This document shows, piece by piece, positions 1 to 15,546 of a stretch of DNA of 64,000 nucleotides. The DNA comes from Nitrospirales bacterium (lineage in GTDB: Bacteria; Nitrospirota; Nitrospiria; Nitrospirales; UBA8639). Numbering within the stretch: the stretch's first letter is position 1; the number at the start of each line of letters is the position of its first letter. The DNA lies in the NCBI GenBank assembly GCA_965203295.1, contig CBDBCZ010000012.1:96001-160000 (forward strand). Direction: 5' to 3'. Under the pieces are notes generated by a model that was not told where the DNA came from, searched no databases, and saw nothing but the letters and a program-made list of their open reading frames with translations. Made by a program: the position numbers and the translations under genes.

Positions 1-495
1 TACACCTGGCAGTATATAAATATACATGTGCATGTACGTCCACTTTCTTTATACATGCCATCCATCTAGGCTAGCTTTTCTTATACTCTACAGGGAATAC
101 AGTACGGGTAACAAATGTTTTATTCCGGAATATGGAAGTTGTGTTGCCAACAGGGTATGTGTATATGTGTCTGTACACAGTGTGCCATTCAACCCTGGCC
201 CACCCCATTCTTCCAATTGGATAAGGAGGAACAGCATATTCATGTCCTTGCATTGCAGTGTAATTAATATAACCCCTCTTTAGGTGACACCAATGATATG
301 CACCTTGCTTTCTGTGTGTTATAGCACATGGAGGGGTCAGGACCTAGCTAGACCAATCTGGGTATTGGTAGGTGTTCACTGCAAAGATCGATGCGATGTC
401 CATATCTGTGTATCATTATACCTGTGCCATAAACATGTACAAAAGTTGTAACATTCCAGGAAGCCATTACCACAAAGGTTTATCTCTCTCTGTAG

Positions 496-5288
<4,793 letters not shown>

Positions 5289-5919
5289 GTAGGTATTGTA
5301 TGTGTTCAAACCGAAGATATGCAATGGTGCAATCTAGTCTTGTAACATCCTCATCCCTATAAACGTTGATGACTAAGGGTTAGCAAGCAGTTGTACTTAA
5401 TGTGTTCAATGATGTGGTACCACTACATGTACCTTAAATAGTAAGTACAAGCAGTCATCATCATTCCTAGCCATGAACACGATTATAGTAGAACTCTTGA
5501 GTGAAAACATGTAGACAACAAGAGCGGTGCCTATTATGTGTGCCTGCTCCTTTATTGTCAGATATTACAGGTTTGTCCGTGCAGTTATTACCTTAATATT
5601 CCTGCTCTCCCTTCTCTCAGGTGTTGCACAGTACCCGAGTAAAGTCACTGCGCAGTAAAGCAGCTCTACCTTTAGGTCTACTCGAAAGAGTAGCTCTATT
5701 TCCTTCAGTACTGTCCGCAAGGGATACACTGTTTCACAGGTTCGTACATTCACAAGAATGGCACATCAACTGCAGCTGATACATTGCAGATAGGTAGTAA
5801 TATTATACTCGTGTCGCTGTCGTAGCACGTATGCCATTGAGCACGCACCCACTTACCAGGCTGTAAGATCTCCAGTCCGAGCAAGAACAAACAGATGTTT
5901 CATTATCTTGATCACCATA

Positions 5920-6240
5920 GAGTATAAATGATGGCTGAGGCTGTACAAGCTAGTCTGTTTGTAAAGAAATAGAATGTAAGAATTACTTGCAGGGGTTGGG
6001 GACCCAGGAACACGATTGATGTTTAAATTTAGGTTCAAGTACTAACCGTCTGAATAAAAAGTTAGGAAGATATAGGGGTAAAAATGATGATAGGCAGTGT
6101 AAGTTGTGTGGGGTGCAATGTGAGAGTGTAGTACATGTGGTCTAGGAGTGTCCTATGTAAGATACCATTAGAAATATTTTCGTGAGAGAATTAGATGATT
6201 TGTTGGGCGGGAGCTTAGCAAACTTTGTTACTTTCAATAG
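5920..6240 (+). mobile_element. Degenerate non-LTR retrotransposon ORF2 C-terminus with Cys/His zinc knuckle
   Basis: Frameshifted translation YLQG.GDPGTRLMFKFR..TNRLNKKLGRYRGKNDDRQCKLCGVQCESVVHVV*ECP (CxxC..E..H..C). Confidence 0.65.
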
Positions 6241-6244
6241 TTTG

Positions 6245-8268
6245 AAATCTTCAGCAAATGTATCCTGACTCTCTAGATTTAATGACTGCAGCAACAATTT
6301 ATTACCTACTTTTCTCTGCCTACCTCTGCACAATTTCACTTACCACTCACTGTCTAGTAAGCTAGGATATCTCTCATCATGCAAATTACTGACTTTATAA
6401 CACCATGCACCTATGCCTCCTGCCTTTCAAAAGATTGTAACCCCATACCCCCTCCCCCCTTACTGCTTCACTACACGTTTTAGAAGAGCAGCCAAATATA
6501 TTTTTAGCTGCTCCTAGCTGAATAATTTCCAAGGAAACTGTCTGCCATGTATTACAAGCCCACACTTCACTACCATATTCTAAAGCAGGGTAAGCTACTG
6601 AAACTAACAATAGGTATTCTTCTTGTAACTGTGCTGATATTACTGTTACTAAATGTAAATTTTTCTTTCCACTATTAATTACCTTCTGTACATGACTATC
6701 CATGAACCATTATTTGCAAATTCAGCACCCAAATAACAGTGACTTACAACCTCTGGAATGTTTTTATCTCCCCACTTCCATGTACATGTGCCTGTATTAA
6801 CCTCTTTAGAAAATACCATAATAGCACTGTTTTTTATGTCAGATTTCAACCTCCATTTATTACAAAACCCCTGTACTGCATTAATCAATGTTAGTAGTTA
6901 AACCTACAAAATCTTTCGGCAAACATTAGACCCCCAACCTGAACATCCTTCCTAATATTAATGCCAATCACAGCCTTCTTAACCTCATCTAACAACTGAT
7001 TAATCAAGTTAGATAAGAGGATAGGCAACATACTACAACCCTGTGCCGCCCCCTGACCCATATTAGATATTTCTGCCTCCAGTAAAACAGCACTCTGTGT
7101 GATATCCTTAATAACTCGCCTCATCCTGCCCCTGACACGATAACCTAAACTATAAGCCTTCATGTCAAACTGTGTCAAATACTTCTGAACATCTAAGAAA
7201 GAAGCATAAGTGTTCCTCATTCTACCTGGTATGATTTTATTGAAAGCAAAGATTCTATCAACACGACTCGTTTTCTCTCTGAATCCTCATGAAGAGCTCT
7301 TTCTCATTCTAATGTGATTACTATGCGATTGTTTAGAACAGTTTTCCTCCCACATTTAATAATGTAATGCCTCTGTAAATACCCAGATCTTCAGTATCAC
7401 CTTTCTTATACAAGCTAAAAAGTAACACTTGTCCTTGTTGTTTAGGAACACTCTCCTCTGTCCAAACTACTTCATATAAGACTTTGAACAGACTACATGT
7501 AGCTACTCCTTTGCCACCGTACCTAAAAAGCTCCACAACTAGCCCATCATTACCTCCTGTATTATTATTACCCCGCGGCGCATAGGCGGCGGCAGGGTTA
7601 AGCGATTGGTTCTGTCTGTTCGTCCGTCCGTTCGTTCGTTGTCTGTCGACTCAAAAATCGGGCTATCTCGCGATTTGCAGGGTTAAGCATTGATAAACAA
7701 AACAGCAACATTGAAATCCCCAAAAAAATGTCCGGGTGTGTACCTGATAGTCGCCAAAGCAGTTCCATACGCTGCATCTCCAGCTCTTTCTTATTTAACA
7801 ATGGTACATCCTGCCTTATTAATACGGTCACAACTAGAATACAATGGGAGCCGGGCATATACGGACTCTGGTCACGTATTCGTATTGGCAATCGGTATGT
7901 CTCGGCGAGAGACCTCTAGTTCTTTAAGGTTTTAGTTAAATTTCTGCAAAATAATTCCCCTGTCCAAAACCTTAACCTTCCGTAATCTAGACATTTCCCT
8001 ATACTCTGTCACTTTCTGCTCTACATGCTCTTTCCAGTTACCATCAAACTGATAATCCACGGATGCTGTACCCAGCCTTTCATAATGCTCACATAATACT
8101 TCCAAATTTCCCTTAGTGCTGGTTGCACATGAACCTGGAGTACTCCTCAAAGAAGATATATACCCTTATGACTACCTTTTGAATATCCTGCCAACAAATG
8201 CCCTAAAACTCTTTCCTGTTTTCATAAAAATCTTAATTAGCCCTTTCAATCATCTCATTTCAACTATC
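6245..8268 (-). mobile_element. Degenerate LINE reverse transcriptase, interrupted by the element at 7562-7919
   Basis: Fragments LYKKGDTEDLGIYRGITLLNVGGKLF, ASFLDVQK, QGAAQGCSMLPIL, GGLMFAE(D), ALEYGSEVW across many stops and frameshifts. Confidence 0.85.
7562..7919 (+). mobile_element. Non-autonomous Helentron-like element (HINE/DINE-1-like)
   Basis: Starts ttattaccccgcg with a GC hairpin, has GTCC/GTTC microsatellite-like repeats, and ends GTCTC-ggcga-GAGAC hairpin + CTCTAG|T. It interrupts the LINE with no obvious TSD. Confidence 0.7.
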
Positions 8269-8269
8269 T

Positions 8270-9469
8270 AATAACTTTAAAAAAGTAAAAAGCATGTAGG
8301 GATGGCACAGTACAGAAAAAACAAAAGCAAAAAACTTTACAGAAAAATCATTAAAGAACATGTATCACATGGATAGAATCCCCAAAAAGTAATCAAACAA
8401 GGTAGGAATGTTACCACAGAACTTTCATGGATTACTGGATTGCCATCCCTACATCTTGCCAACCACACACACACCACAATCCCCTCCATGCAGCTTCCAG
8501 TGCATGTCTTTGCAATGTGTTTTTATACTAGCCTCGTTCCCAGGCCTCCACATCGAATTTAATAATTTGGGGGTACATTTAATATATTTACTATCTGCAA
8601 GTGTGTTAAAATAATAAATGTCCAGTTGTACATAGAGAGTCTGAAGACAAGTAATGGTGAACAATATTGTTAATTGCTGACCAGTTGTGTAATGTGGCTA
8701 ACGGAGACCATAGCTGTAGTTATATGTAAGGTGGGGAGTGCTGAGTCTAGTGCATCTACCAGTGTATAGGCTTTATAAGTATATTTTGGGGCCTGTACAT
8801 GTGAATATGGCTGTTGTGATTGTAGGGGTATATGTAGTTTGCTGCAATATATATTCATGCTGATGAACATGGGAATTGAAGGGCTGAGAACCAGTCTGAG
8901 AGTAGTCTAATTATATACATCCATGCTTGTGATACTTGTGTTTCATGATTAGGAGCTACTATTATAAGAATGTGAGATTTTCAATTCACCATTGCTTAGG
9001 TATAGGGCATTTTTTTAACCTCATTCTATGAAATTCATGCAATTTCCTGCACTTAGTTGGCGCACTCTGGTTCTTGGCCCTTCCATTACTGTGGAAGGGA
9101 GTATTAAGTCAACAGTGCTAATTGCTGCTAAGGAATATAATATTTTACATAATTATATATAGCTATTAGATTTCAGTGTGGAATCGGATACCTTGTGAGT
9201 CTATATAGTACACGTACATGTAAATTGAGCGTAGATATCTTGGTGTGGAATGGAGGGGATTGTGGTGTGTGTGTGGTTGGCAAGATGTAGGGATGGCAAT
9301 CCAGTAATCCATGAAAGTTCTGTGGTAACATTCCTACCTTGTTTGATTACTTTTTGGGGATTCTATCCATGTGATACATGTTCTTTAATGATTTTTCTGT
9401 AAAGTTTTTTGCTTTTGTTTTTTCTGTACTGTGCCATCCCTACATGCTTTTTACTTTTTTAAAGTTATT
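8270..9469. repeat. Pair of ~220-bp apparently perfect inverted repeats (8270-8489 / 9250-9469) around a ~760-bp spacer
   Basis: The arms are reverse complements. Each arm itself contains TGTAGGGATGGCA...TGCCATCCCTACA. Confidence 0.92.
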
Positions 9470-10930
9470 TTAGAACTTGTTTCTATTCTTTTTTTGGGAG
9501 AAAGGAAGGGTGGTTCTGAATGTTTGGTATTAGCATTAGATGGTAGGAGTTGACTCAGTGTGGTCCCGTGCATGTAGGGTTGAAGTTCAGCATTGTATTG
9601 ATATGAGAATGCTGAAGACATTCACATGCACTGGTCTCTTCGTAGGAGGTGGGGATGTTGAATTTGATGGTAGTGTTATTTTTATAAAATGGGGAAGATG
9701 CCATTATAGAATGAACAAATTGTATAATGGATGTTATAGTTACAACAAAGTTACCATTGATGCAGACATATGAGGAGGACGAGAGAGTAAAGAATTGGTA
9801 GTAAAGAAGATGTAGCCATTTAGAATTGAATAGAGTAGGACAAGATTGCAATTTTACAACGGGTGGAAAGAGTGGAAAAGTTGAATTTATGAGGTGATAT
9901 ATAAATAGAGAGAAGAGGACCAAGAATAGGGGCCCGAGGAGCATGTGAAGGAAGTACTAAGATGTACGTGATGAATGGGTGTTGATTACGACTTGATATA
10001 GTTCATTGGTGAGATAAATATGCTCCCAACAGAGGAGGAAGACCAGTACACGAGAGAGTGCTCCCAACAGAGGAGGAAGACCAGTACACGAGAGAGTGCT
10101 CCCAACAGAGGAGGAAGACCAGTACACGAGAGAGTGCTCCCAACAGAGGAGGAAGACCAGTACACGAGAGAGTGCTCCCAACAGAGGAGGAAGACCAGTA
10201 CACGAGAGAGTATGAAGAGATTGGTGGCGACAAGTCAAACACCTTGCGTAAATCAGAAAATAACAGCCAGAATAGCATGAATCCAGCAGAGAGAACAACA
10301 ATGAGCAAAAGAGAGAAGAGCGGAGACTCCAGGATGAAAAGCAACGGTATCAGATATTGATGGGGATAGGTAATAAAGGAAGCCGTAGATTAAGCATGTG
10401 GGAGGAAATTGCATTAGGACCACAGTAAGAAACAATAGAGGAAATAATTGGGCGAGCTGAATTACAAGAGCTGCAAAAGGAGTCATTAAGAAGGATAGCT
10501 TTGGAAGAAGAATTTGGCTAATCTCAAATTGACAAGTTTTTTTTTTTTTGAAAGAATCGGAGTAAACAACCCCAGTCGGCAAGAGGAAGATAGAAGTTTT
10601 CTTATGTGACTTTTTAACAAGGGACCAGAAGTGACGAGAAGTAGGAGAGGAAGAGAGATGAGCAAACAACTTAGACCTATGATAAGAGAGAGTATTGCGA
10701 AAACAAAACTAAATGAGAGGAGAGTTGCAAAGTTTGATATACTGGAACAAAGCATTTAGTGAGAGAAAGGAACGAGTGAGTATTCCAAGGTGGGTGGGGA
10801 AGAGAGGATATCAGTTTGGTATGGGGACTGCAAAGTGAATAATTTGCAGGAAAGTGAACTCGAAAGTTAGCCAGGCAGAGTTAACATCACAGGAAGAAAG
10901 AATAGAAGACCACGAAACATTGTAGTAGTC
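9470..10930 (-). mobile_element. Degenerate L2/CR1-group LINE ORF2 fragment
   Basis: Remnants RHFWSLVKK, PDAISSHML, YQVVINTHSS and a PILGPLLSIYI-like RT motif; pyrimidine-rich sense strand. Confidence 0.7.
10021..10210. repeat. Minisatellite, 5 identical 38-bp units
   Basis: TGCTCCCAACAGAGGAGGAAGACCAGTACACGAGAGAG x5 inside the LINE relic. Confidence 0.95.
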
Positions 10931-10952
10931 ATGTGTTTGGTAGCAATAGTAT

Positions 10953-11275
10953 TGGGTGGAGACTTCTCGCCTGGACGTTGTAGTATACGGTGGAGCCTTC
11001 TCGCCTGGATGTTATAGTACTACTTCTCACTTGAATTTTATAGCACTGAGCGGGGCCTTCTCGCCTAGATGTTATAATATATGGTGGAGCCTTCTCGCCT
11101 GGATGTTATAGTACTGGGTGGAGCCTTCTCGCTTGGATTTTATTGCATATGGTGGATCCTTCTCTCCTTGATGTTATAATATTGGGTGGAGCCTTCTCTC
11201 TTGGATGTTATAATATTGGGTGGAGCCTTCTCTTTTGGATGTTATAGTATTGGGTGGAGCCTTCTCGCCTGGATA
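10953..11275. repeat. Minisatellite, ~34-bp unit, about 9-10 diverged copies
   Basis: Consensus GGTGGAGCCTTCTCGCCTGGATGTTATAGTATTG. Confidence 0.9.
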
Positions 11276-11944
11276 ACGGTATATAGCAGCAGTGTTGTGC
11301 ATAACAAGACTACTTACTACATGAATTATGCAGTCTTGTGCATGCAGTAAATGTGAGCAACAAGACCACACTTAAATACATATTTTGTAGCTATCCTAAG
11401 TCTTTAGCTACGCCCACACTGGAAGCATGCATCACACATAATTATTAGAGTGAGAGTAATAATTAGAACACATACTTTACTCTTCCACCTGACATCGTCT
11501 TCAATGGGCCACATCTTCTACAAATGATTGAATATAGCAGGCTGTTATTAACCACACACATGATTAATGAAACACGGGAGTTGACTTGGCAGTAGGAGTG
11601 AGTGGGGTAATTACAGAAAGCAGAGGTGTCTGGGAGCACAACTCAAGGCAAAGCTGCTTTGAGGTGCATCATAAGCTCAATGCAAACATTAAACAGTTGC
11701 AGAGCACTCAGAATCTCAACTCTGTTGGAATGGAGTGCAATTGGAACATGTCCCTTTCTTTGGAAAGAATATCAATTGCATCATCACACTCTTCTTTGCA
11801 AGAGGAGATCTCTCTGCTGTACCCACTCACATCAGCTACAATTCCCTGCATGCTCGCACAGAGCAAGACTTCGGCAATGACAGGACACAATTAGTTGCCT
11901 GTACATACTCAGCTTGTATATATTATAGAGACAAGCTACACAAC

Positions 11945-14900
11945 TCAATCGAGCACTGGAATTACACAGTCATAATGGTCCAGTGCTCTTGTATTGTATA
12001 AATACAGTGCATAGTTGTGTACAACGTTTAAGCCGTGTACACTAGGACCTATGCACTGCCATGCTCGACCCGGTCCAAAGTTTTGACGTACAACTATGTT
12101 TACATCGAGCATGCAGGAAAGCAAGAACACCTCAAGATCAGTGCCCCATTCACCAAACTCTGCCATACGTGAGTTTTCCAGGTACTCCTGCACTTTGGTG
12201 TTAAAGAAAACTCTACGTTCGTTTGGTTCAACTGGAGCATCAACCACAATTAAGATGTATTCTATCAAGAATGAATTTTGGTGTAGATAGTTTACAGCTG
12301 CTTTCCGAACAGCATAGTGGTTAGATTCTGTTCCTGTTACGTGCTTTGAAATAGCACGAAACAAACAATTGCCATCTCCTTGCACTCTCACACGTATGTG
12401 TGGTGATATTTCATCACACTGCAATGAACGCACACGGTCTGGAGATGAAACTTTGTCGACCACAGACATTTCACTATACTGGGACAGAACACAAATCTTT
12501 TGTCTCTGCCAGAGATCATCTGGGAGTGGTCGATTAATAGCATTAGGGGGAGTACAGTGCTCACTACCACAATAGATGACAGTGCCATCACTATCATCCG
12601 GACAGCTCTTACTGGTAGGAGGACTCTGTTTGGGCTTTTTGGCCTCCAGCTTTAAAGTGCATGGGAGTTCTCCTGAATGCTTCCTTTTTCTAGAAAGGCG
12701 TGTTTTTTTGGATTCAGGCTCTGTGCATGCAGCATTTCCAGTGAGCTTGCGTTTAGTACCAGTTGTAGGTTTAACCGGCAGCGGATATGGCTTGAGTTCT
12801 GGTTTATACACTTGTCTCAAGCGATTCACTTCTTTGAGACATGTAGTGCTAACCATGATAGAGTTCGGGTCGAATGCAACCAGGTGTAACCCAGCTAGCG
12901 TTCGAACTCTCGATATTGCTACATAGGCCATTCCAGCACTAAACACTTTATCAGAGAGGTCTACTATGGCACAGTCCAATGACAGGCCTTGGCATTTGTG
13001 AATGGTCACAGCATAGGCCAAAATCAAGGGAAACTGTTTCCTGTACACATAGAAATTCTTCATGACCATGAACCTGCTCTTCACTTTTTCCACATCAAAA
13101 GGCTCACTTATGTGGTCAAACTGAACAGAGACATGATCAGTTCGAATGGACAGGACGGTACCGATGGCACCGTTTACTAAACCAGCATTTGTGTCAATAT
13201 TGCGGCGCAACATGACTCGTGCTCCGACAGCTAGCAACAGCTGGGCTTCTAATCCTGCTGTCAAGTTACAGTCCTTGTTAAGCTTGTCAAGCTGTTCTGC
13301 TGCTTTTTTGCTCCACTTACGCGTACTGTAAGTTTCGTCAACTTCATCAGTACACAACAATTTATGTACTTGTGAACTGAGATGACTGAGCATTTCATTG
13401 TTAAAATGATCGCATTCTTTTCTTCGTGGGAAAAGGCAAACAGGGGTTTGTTGAGATTGCTGAAGCTCAACGAACTTGTCCGCTATGGATCCCTGAATGA
13501 CTCGTTTTTTGAGAATGCCAAGTGTTTCATCAGTTGGATGGCCACACCTGACACAATCCAACATCGATGAAAATTCACCGTCTCGTTTCTGACGTTCATT
13601 GATAGTCAGTTCATCGTAAGCGATAGCATCTTTCCAGATGTTGACGGACGTTGCGCATCCAAGTCTGTATTGGAGCGACTTCTGAGTGATCTTTTCAAAT
13701 ACAGGAAGTCCATTGACAGGCTGTAGTTGAAGTAGATCACCAACAAAGAGCATATTTTTAGAGCCAAACCAGTCCTGGCTACCAAATAGCTCTTCTAACC
13801 TCAAGTGCATATATGCAAAGTTGAGGCTAGAAACCATGGAAACTTCATCTACAATGATGATTTTCACACTGTGAAGTGTGGTTTTCATCACTTTTCGTGA
13901 AGATTTGGGGAGTGCCCAATATTGAGCTGTCTTCCCCTCGTGTTCAATGGGCAACTGAAAGAGCCTGTGAATGGTTATACCACCAACATTGAAAGCTGCT
14001 AAACCAGTCGGTGCTGCAATAGCACACGTTAAATCGTCAGAGGGCCAGAGGTCATGAACTAATGCCTTGACGGTTTCGATGAGGAACGACTTACCCGTTC
14101 CACCAACACCGCTCACAAACATGCAAAGCGGACTCAAGTCACAGCTACAAGCATCAGCCTCGTGCTGTTGTTGGTGGAGGAGGTGATCTTTAACTTTGTC
14201 AAAGATGCGTCTCTGGTCAGCGTTGAGCATTGCTACTCTCTGTTTTAGGGACAGAGTGTCGGCTGGATGGGCGTTCATGTCAAACAGCTCCTTCATTGCC
14301 GTTTTTGCTTCGCCCAACAGCTGTGGATCATCATCTTGTTTGCTGATCTTGTGTTCTTCACCATCAGCCTGCCGGGCATCATTGATTTGCTTGATGTTAG
14401 CCCGGGCCTGCAACATCTTCTGCAGTCTGCCGTGGTAGGCAGAGCAGGTGCTGTCGTCTGGTAACAGGCGCCGGAATGCTTCTTCGGCAGTTTCATTCTC
14501 AAGAAGCAAACTACTCTCATCTCTGAATGGAACAAAGAGGAGTATCAGAGAATAGTAGTAGGCTTCTGTCTGGTCTTCTCTTTCTGGATCAAAGAGTTTG
14601 TGGTTAGGAAGTCGAGGCTTTGTAAGCTTTCTGTACTTCCTGTCTCCATTGCTATCTGTACCACAGTAATCATAGTTGGCTACAAAGTCATAGAGACAAA
14701 GGCCTTCTAGATCGCTCGGTCTCCGGGGATAGTGAGTGTCTAAGAGGTTGTCCTGGAAGATGTCTTCGCTGTCTGGGTTACGCTTTGCGACATCTTCCAA
14801 AACCTTGTGGTCCTTCAACCTGCGACTCCTTTTGTGAGGCAGGGAGACATCTACCCACTTGACAGCATCAGACTTCTCGGTGAGGTGGTCGCCGAGCAGC

Positions 14901-15538
14901 AGATCGCTGGCCTCGTACAGCCCGCACTCGCGAGAGCGTAAGCTGCGCACGCCAAAGCTCCAGAGCTGACTGTAAACGCTCTTATTTTCGCTGACTTCGT
15001 GCCAAATGTCCTGCAAGTTACTCTTTTCAGCTTTAGTAACATAGCCGCTGACGTAGTGGGCCAGAGCCAGCGACGACTCGGCCACGTACTGCACGTCAAC
15101 GTTGGCCTTCCACAGCATTAGGAGGAGAGGGTTGTAGTCATTGACCCTCACCTCCAACTCTGTTCGAGGCAACTGGTATATTTTCCTGCGCGATTTCAGA
15201 GCATCATCCACACAGTTCAGTGTAGCAGTTTTACAGGCTTGGCGGGGAAAGCCAAACCTGCAGCGGGTAATGAATGTCCTACCGCACTTGCGTCTTCGTT
15301 TGCAATACGCACTGCATTTGTGCATCTGGTACCTAGTGACCAGTCTGTGCAAGTCGGGATCGGTTTCCTTGTCGGGTATGTGACAAGTGATCCTCTCCTG
15401 CAGCCAAGCTAGTACCCGTTCGGGATCATCGTGACCGATGACTGGAGCATCCCGTATCCACAAGAGCACGTGGTAATGAGGCGCACCGCGAGCCTGGTAC
15501 TCCTTTTTCCAGTAATAGTGCTCGATCTCGCCGAGCAC
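11945..15538 (-). CDS. Helitron-family RepHel C-terminal part: HUH Rep + Pif1-like SF1B helicase + OTU-like cysteine protease
   Basis: Rep motif 2 EYQARGAPHYHVLLW; catalytic tyrosines YVSGYVTK; Walker A GVGGTGKS; Walker B IIVDEVSMV; GDLLQLQPV; AYAVTIHKCQGLSL; YVAISRV; OTU GDGNCLFRAIS...WGTDLE...HYD. The open frame continues a little upstream (KFHAFFRTVLLKGAV) to ~15590, so the listed start is not a true start. Confidence 0.95.
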   Translation of the reverse strand: MLGEIEHYYWKKEYQARGAPHYHVLLWIRDAPVIGHDDPERVLAWLQERITCHIPDKETDPDLHRLVTRYQMHKCSAYCKRRRKCGRTFITRCRFGFPRQACKTATLNCVDDALKSRRKIYQLPRTELEVRVNDYNPLLLMLWKANVDVQYVAESSLALAHYVSGYVTKAEKSNLQDIWHEVSENKSVYSQLWSFGVRSLRSRECGLYEASDLLLGDHLTEKSDAVKWVDVSLPHKRSRRLKDHKVLEDVAKRNPDSEDIFQDNLLDTHYPRRPSDLEGLCLYDFVANYDYCGTDSNGDRKYRKLTKPRLPNHKLFDPEREDQTEAYYYSLILLFVPFRDESSLLLENETAEEAFRRLLPDDSTCSAYHGRLQKMLQARANIKQINDARQADGEEHKISKQDDDPQLLGEAKTAMKELFDMNAHPADTLSLKQRVAMLNADQRRIFDKVKDHLLHQQQHEADACSCDLSPLCMFVSGVGGTGKSFLIETVKALVHDLWPSDDLTCAIAAPTGLAAFNVGGITIHRLFQLPIEHEGKTAQYWALPKSSRKVMKTTLHSVKIIIVDEVSMVSSLNFAYMHLRLEELFGSQDWFGSKNMLFVGDLLQLQPVNGLPVFEKITQKSLQYRLGCATSVNIWKDAIAYDELTINERQKRDGEFSSMLDCVRCGHPTDETLGILKKRVIQGSIADKFVELQQSQQTPVCLFPRRKECDHFNNEMLSHLSSQVHKLLCTDEVDETYSTRKWSKKAAEQLDKLNKDCNLTAGLEAQLLLAVGARVMLRRNIDTNAGLVNGAIGTVLSIRTDHVSVQFDHISEPFDVEKVKSRFMVMKNFYVYRKQFPLILAYAVTIHKCQGLSLDCAIVDLSDKVFSAGMAYVAISRVRTLAGLHLVAFDPNSIMVSTTCLKEVNRLRQVYKPELKPYPLPVKPTTGTKRKLTGNAACTEPESKKTRLSRKRKHSGELPCTLKLEAKKPKQSPPTSKSCPDDSDGTVIYCGSEHCTPPNAINRPLPDDLWQRQKICVLSQYSEMSVVDKVSSPDRVRSLQCDEISPHIRVRVQGDGNCLFRAISKHVTGTESNHYAVRKAAVNYLHQNSFLIEYILIVVDAPVEPNERRVFFNTKVQEYLENSRMAEFGEWGTDLEVFLLSCMLDVNIVVRQNFGPGRAWQCIGPSVHGLNVVHNYALYLYNTRALDHYDCVIPVLD

Positions 15539-15546
15539 TGCACCTT

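Noticed and set aside
9957..10360. Four overlapping repetitive ORFs
   Set aside because: Artefacts of the 38-bp minisatellite within a LINE relic
10021..11275. 38-bp and 34-bp repeat arrays as CRISPR arrays
   Set aside because: The units are head-to-tail with no unique spacers, there are no cas genes, and the context is eukaryotic
11945..15538. Cellular PIF1 gene or viral replicase
   Set aside because: Intronless and fused to an HUH Rep with Helitron motifs; no capsid or polymerase genes nearby
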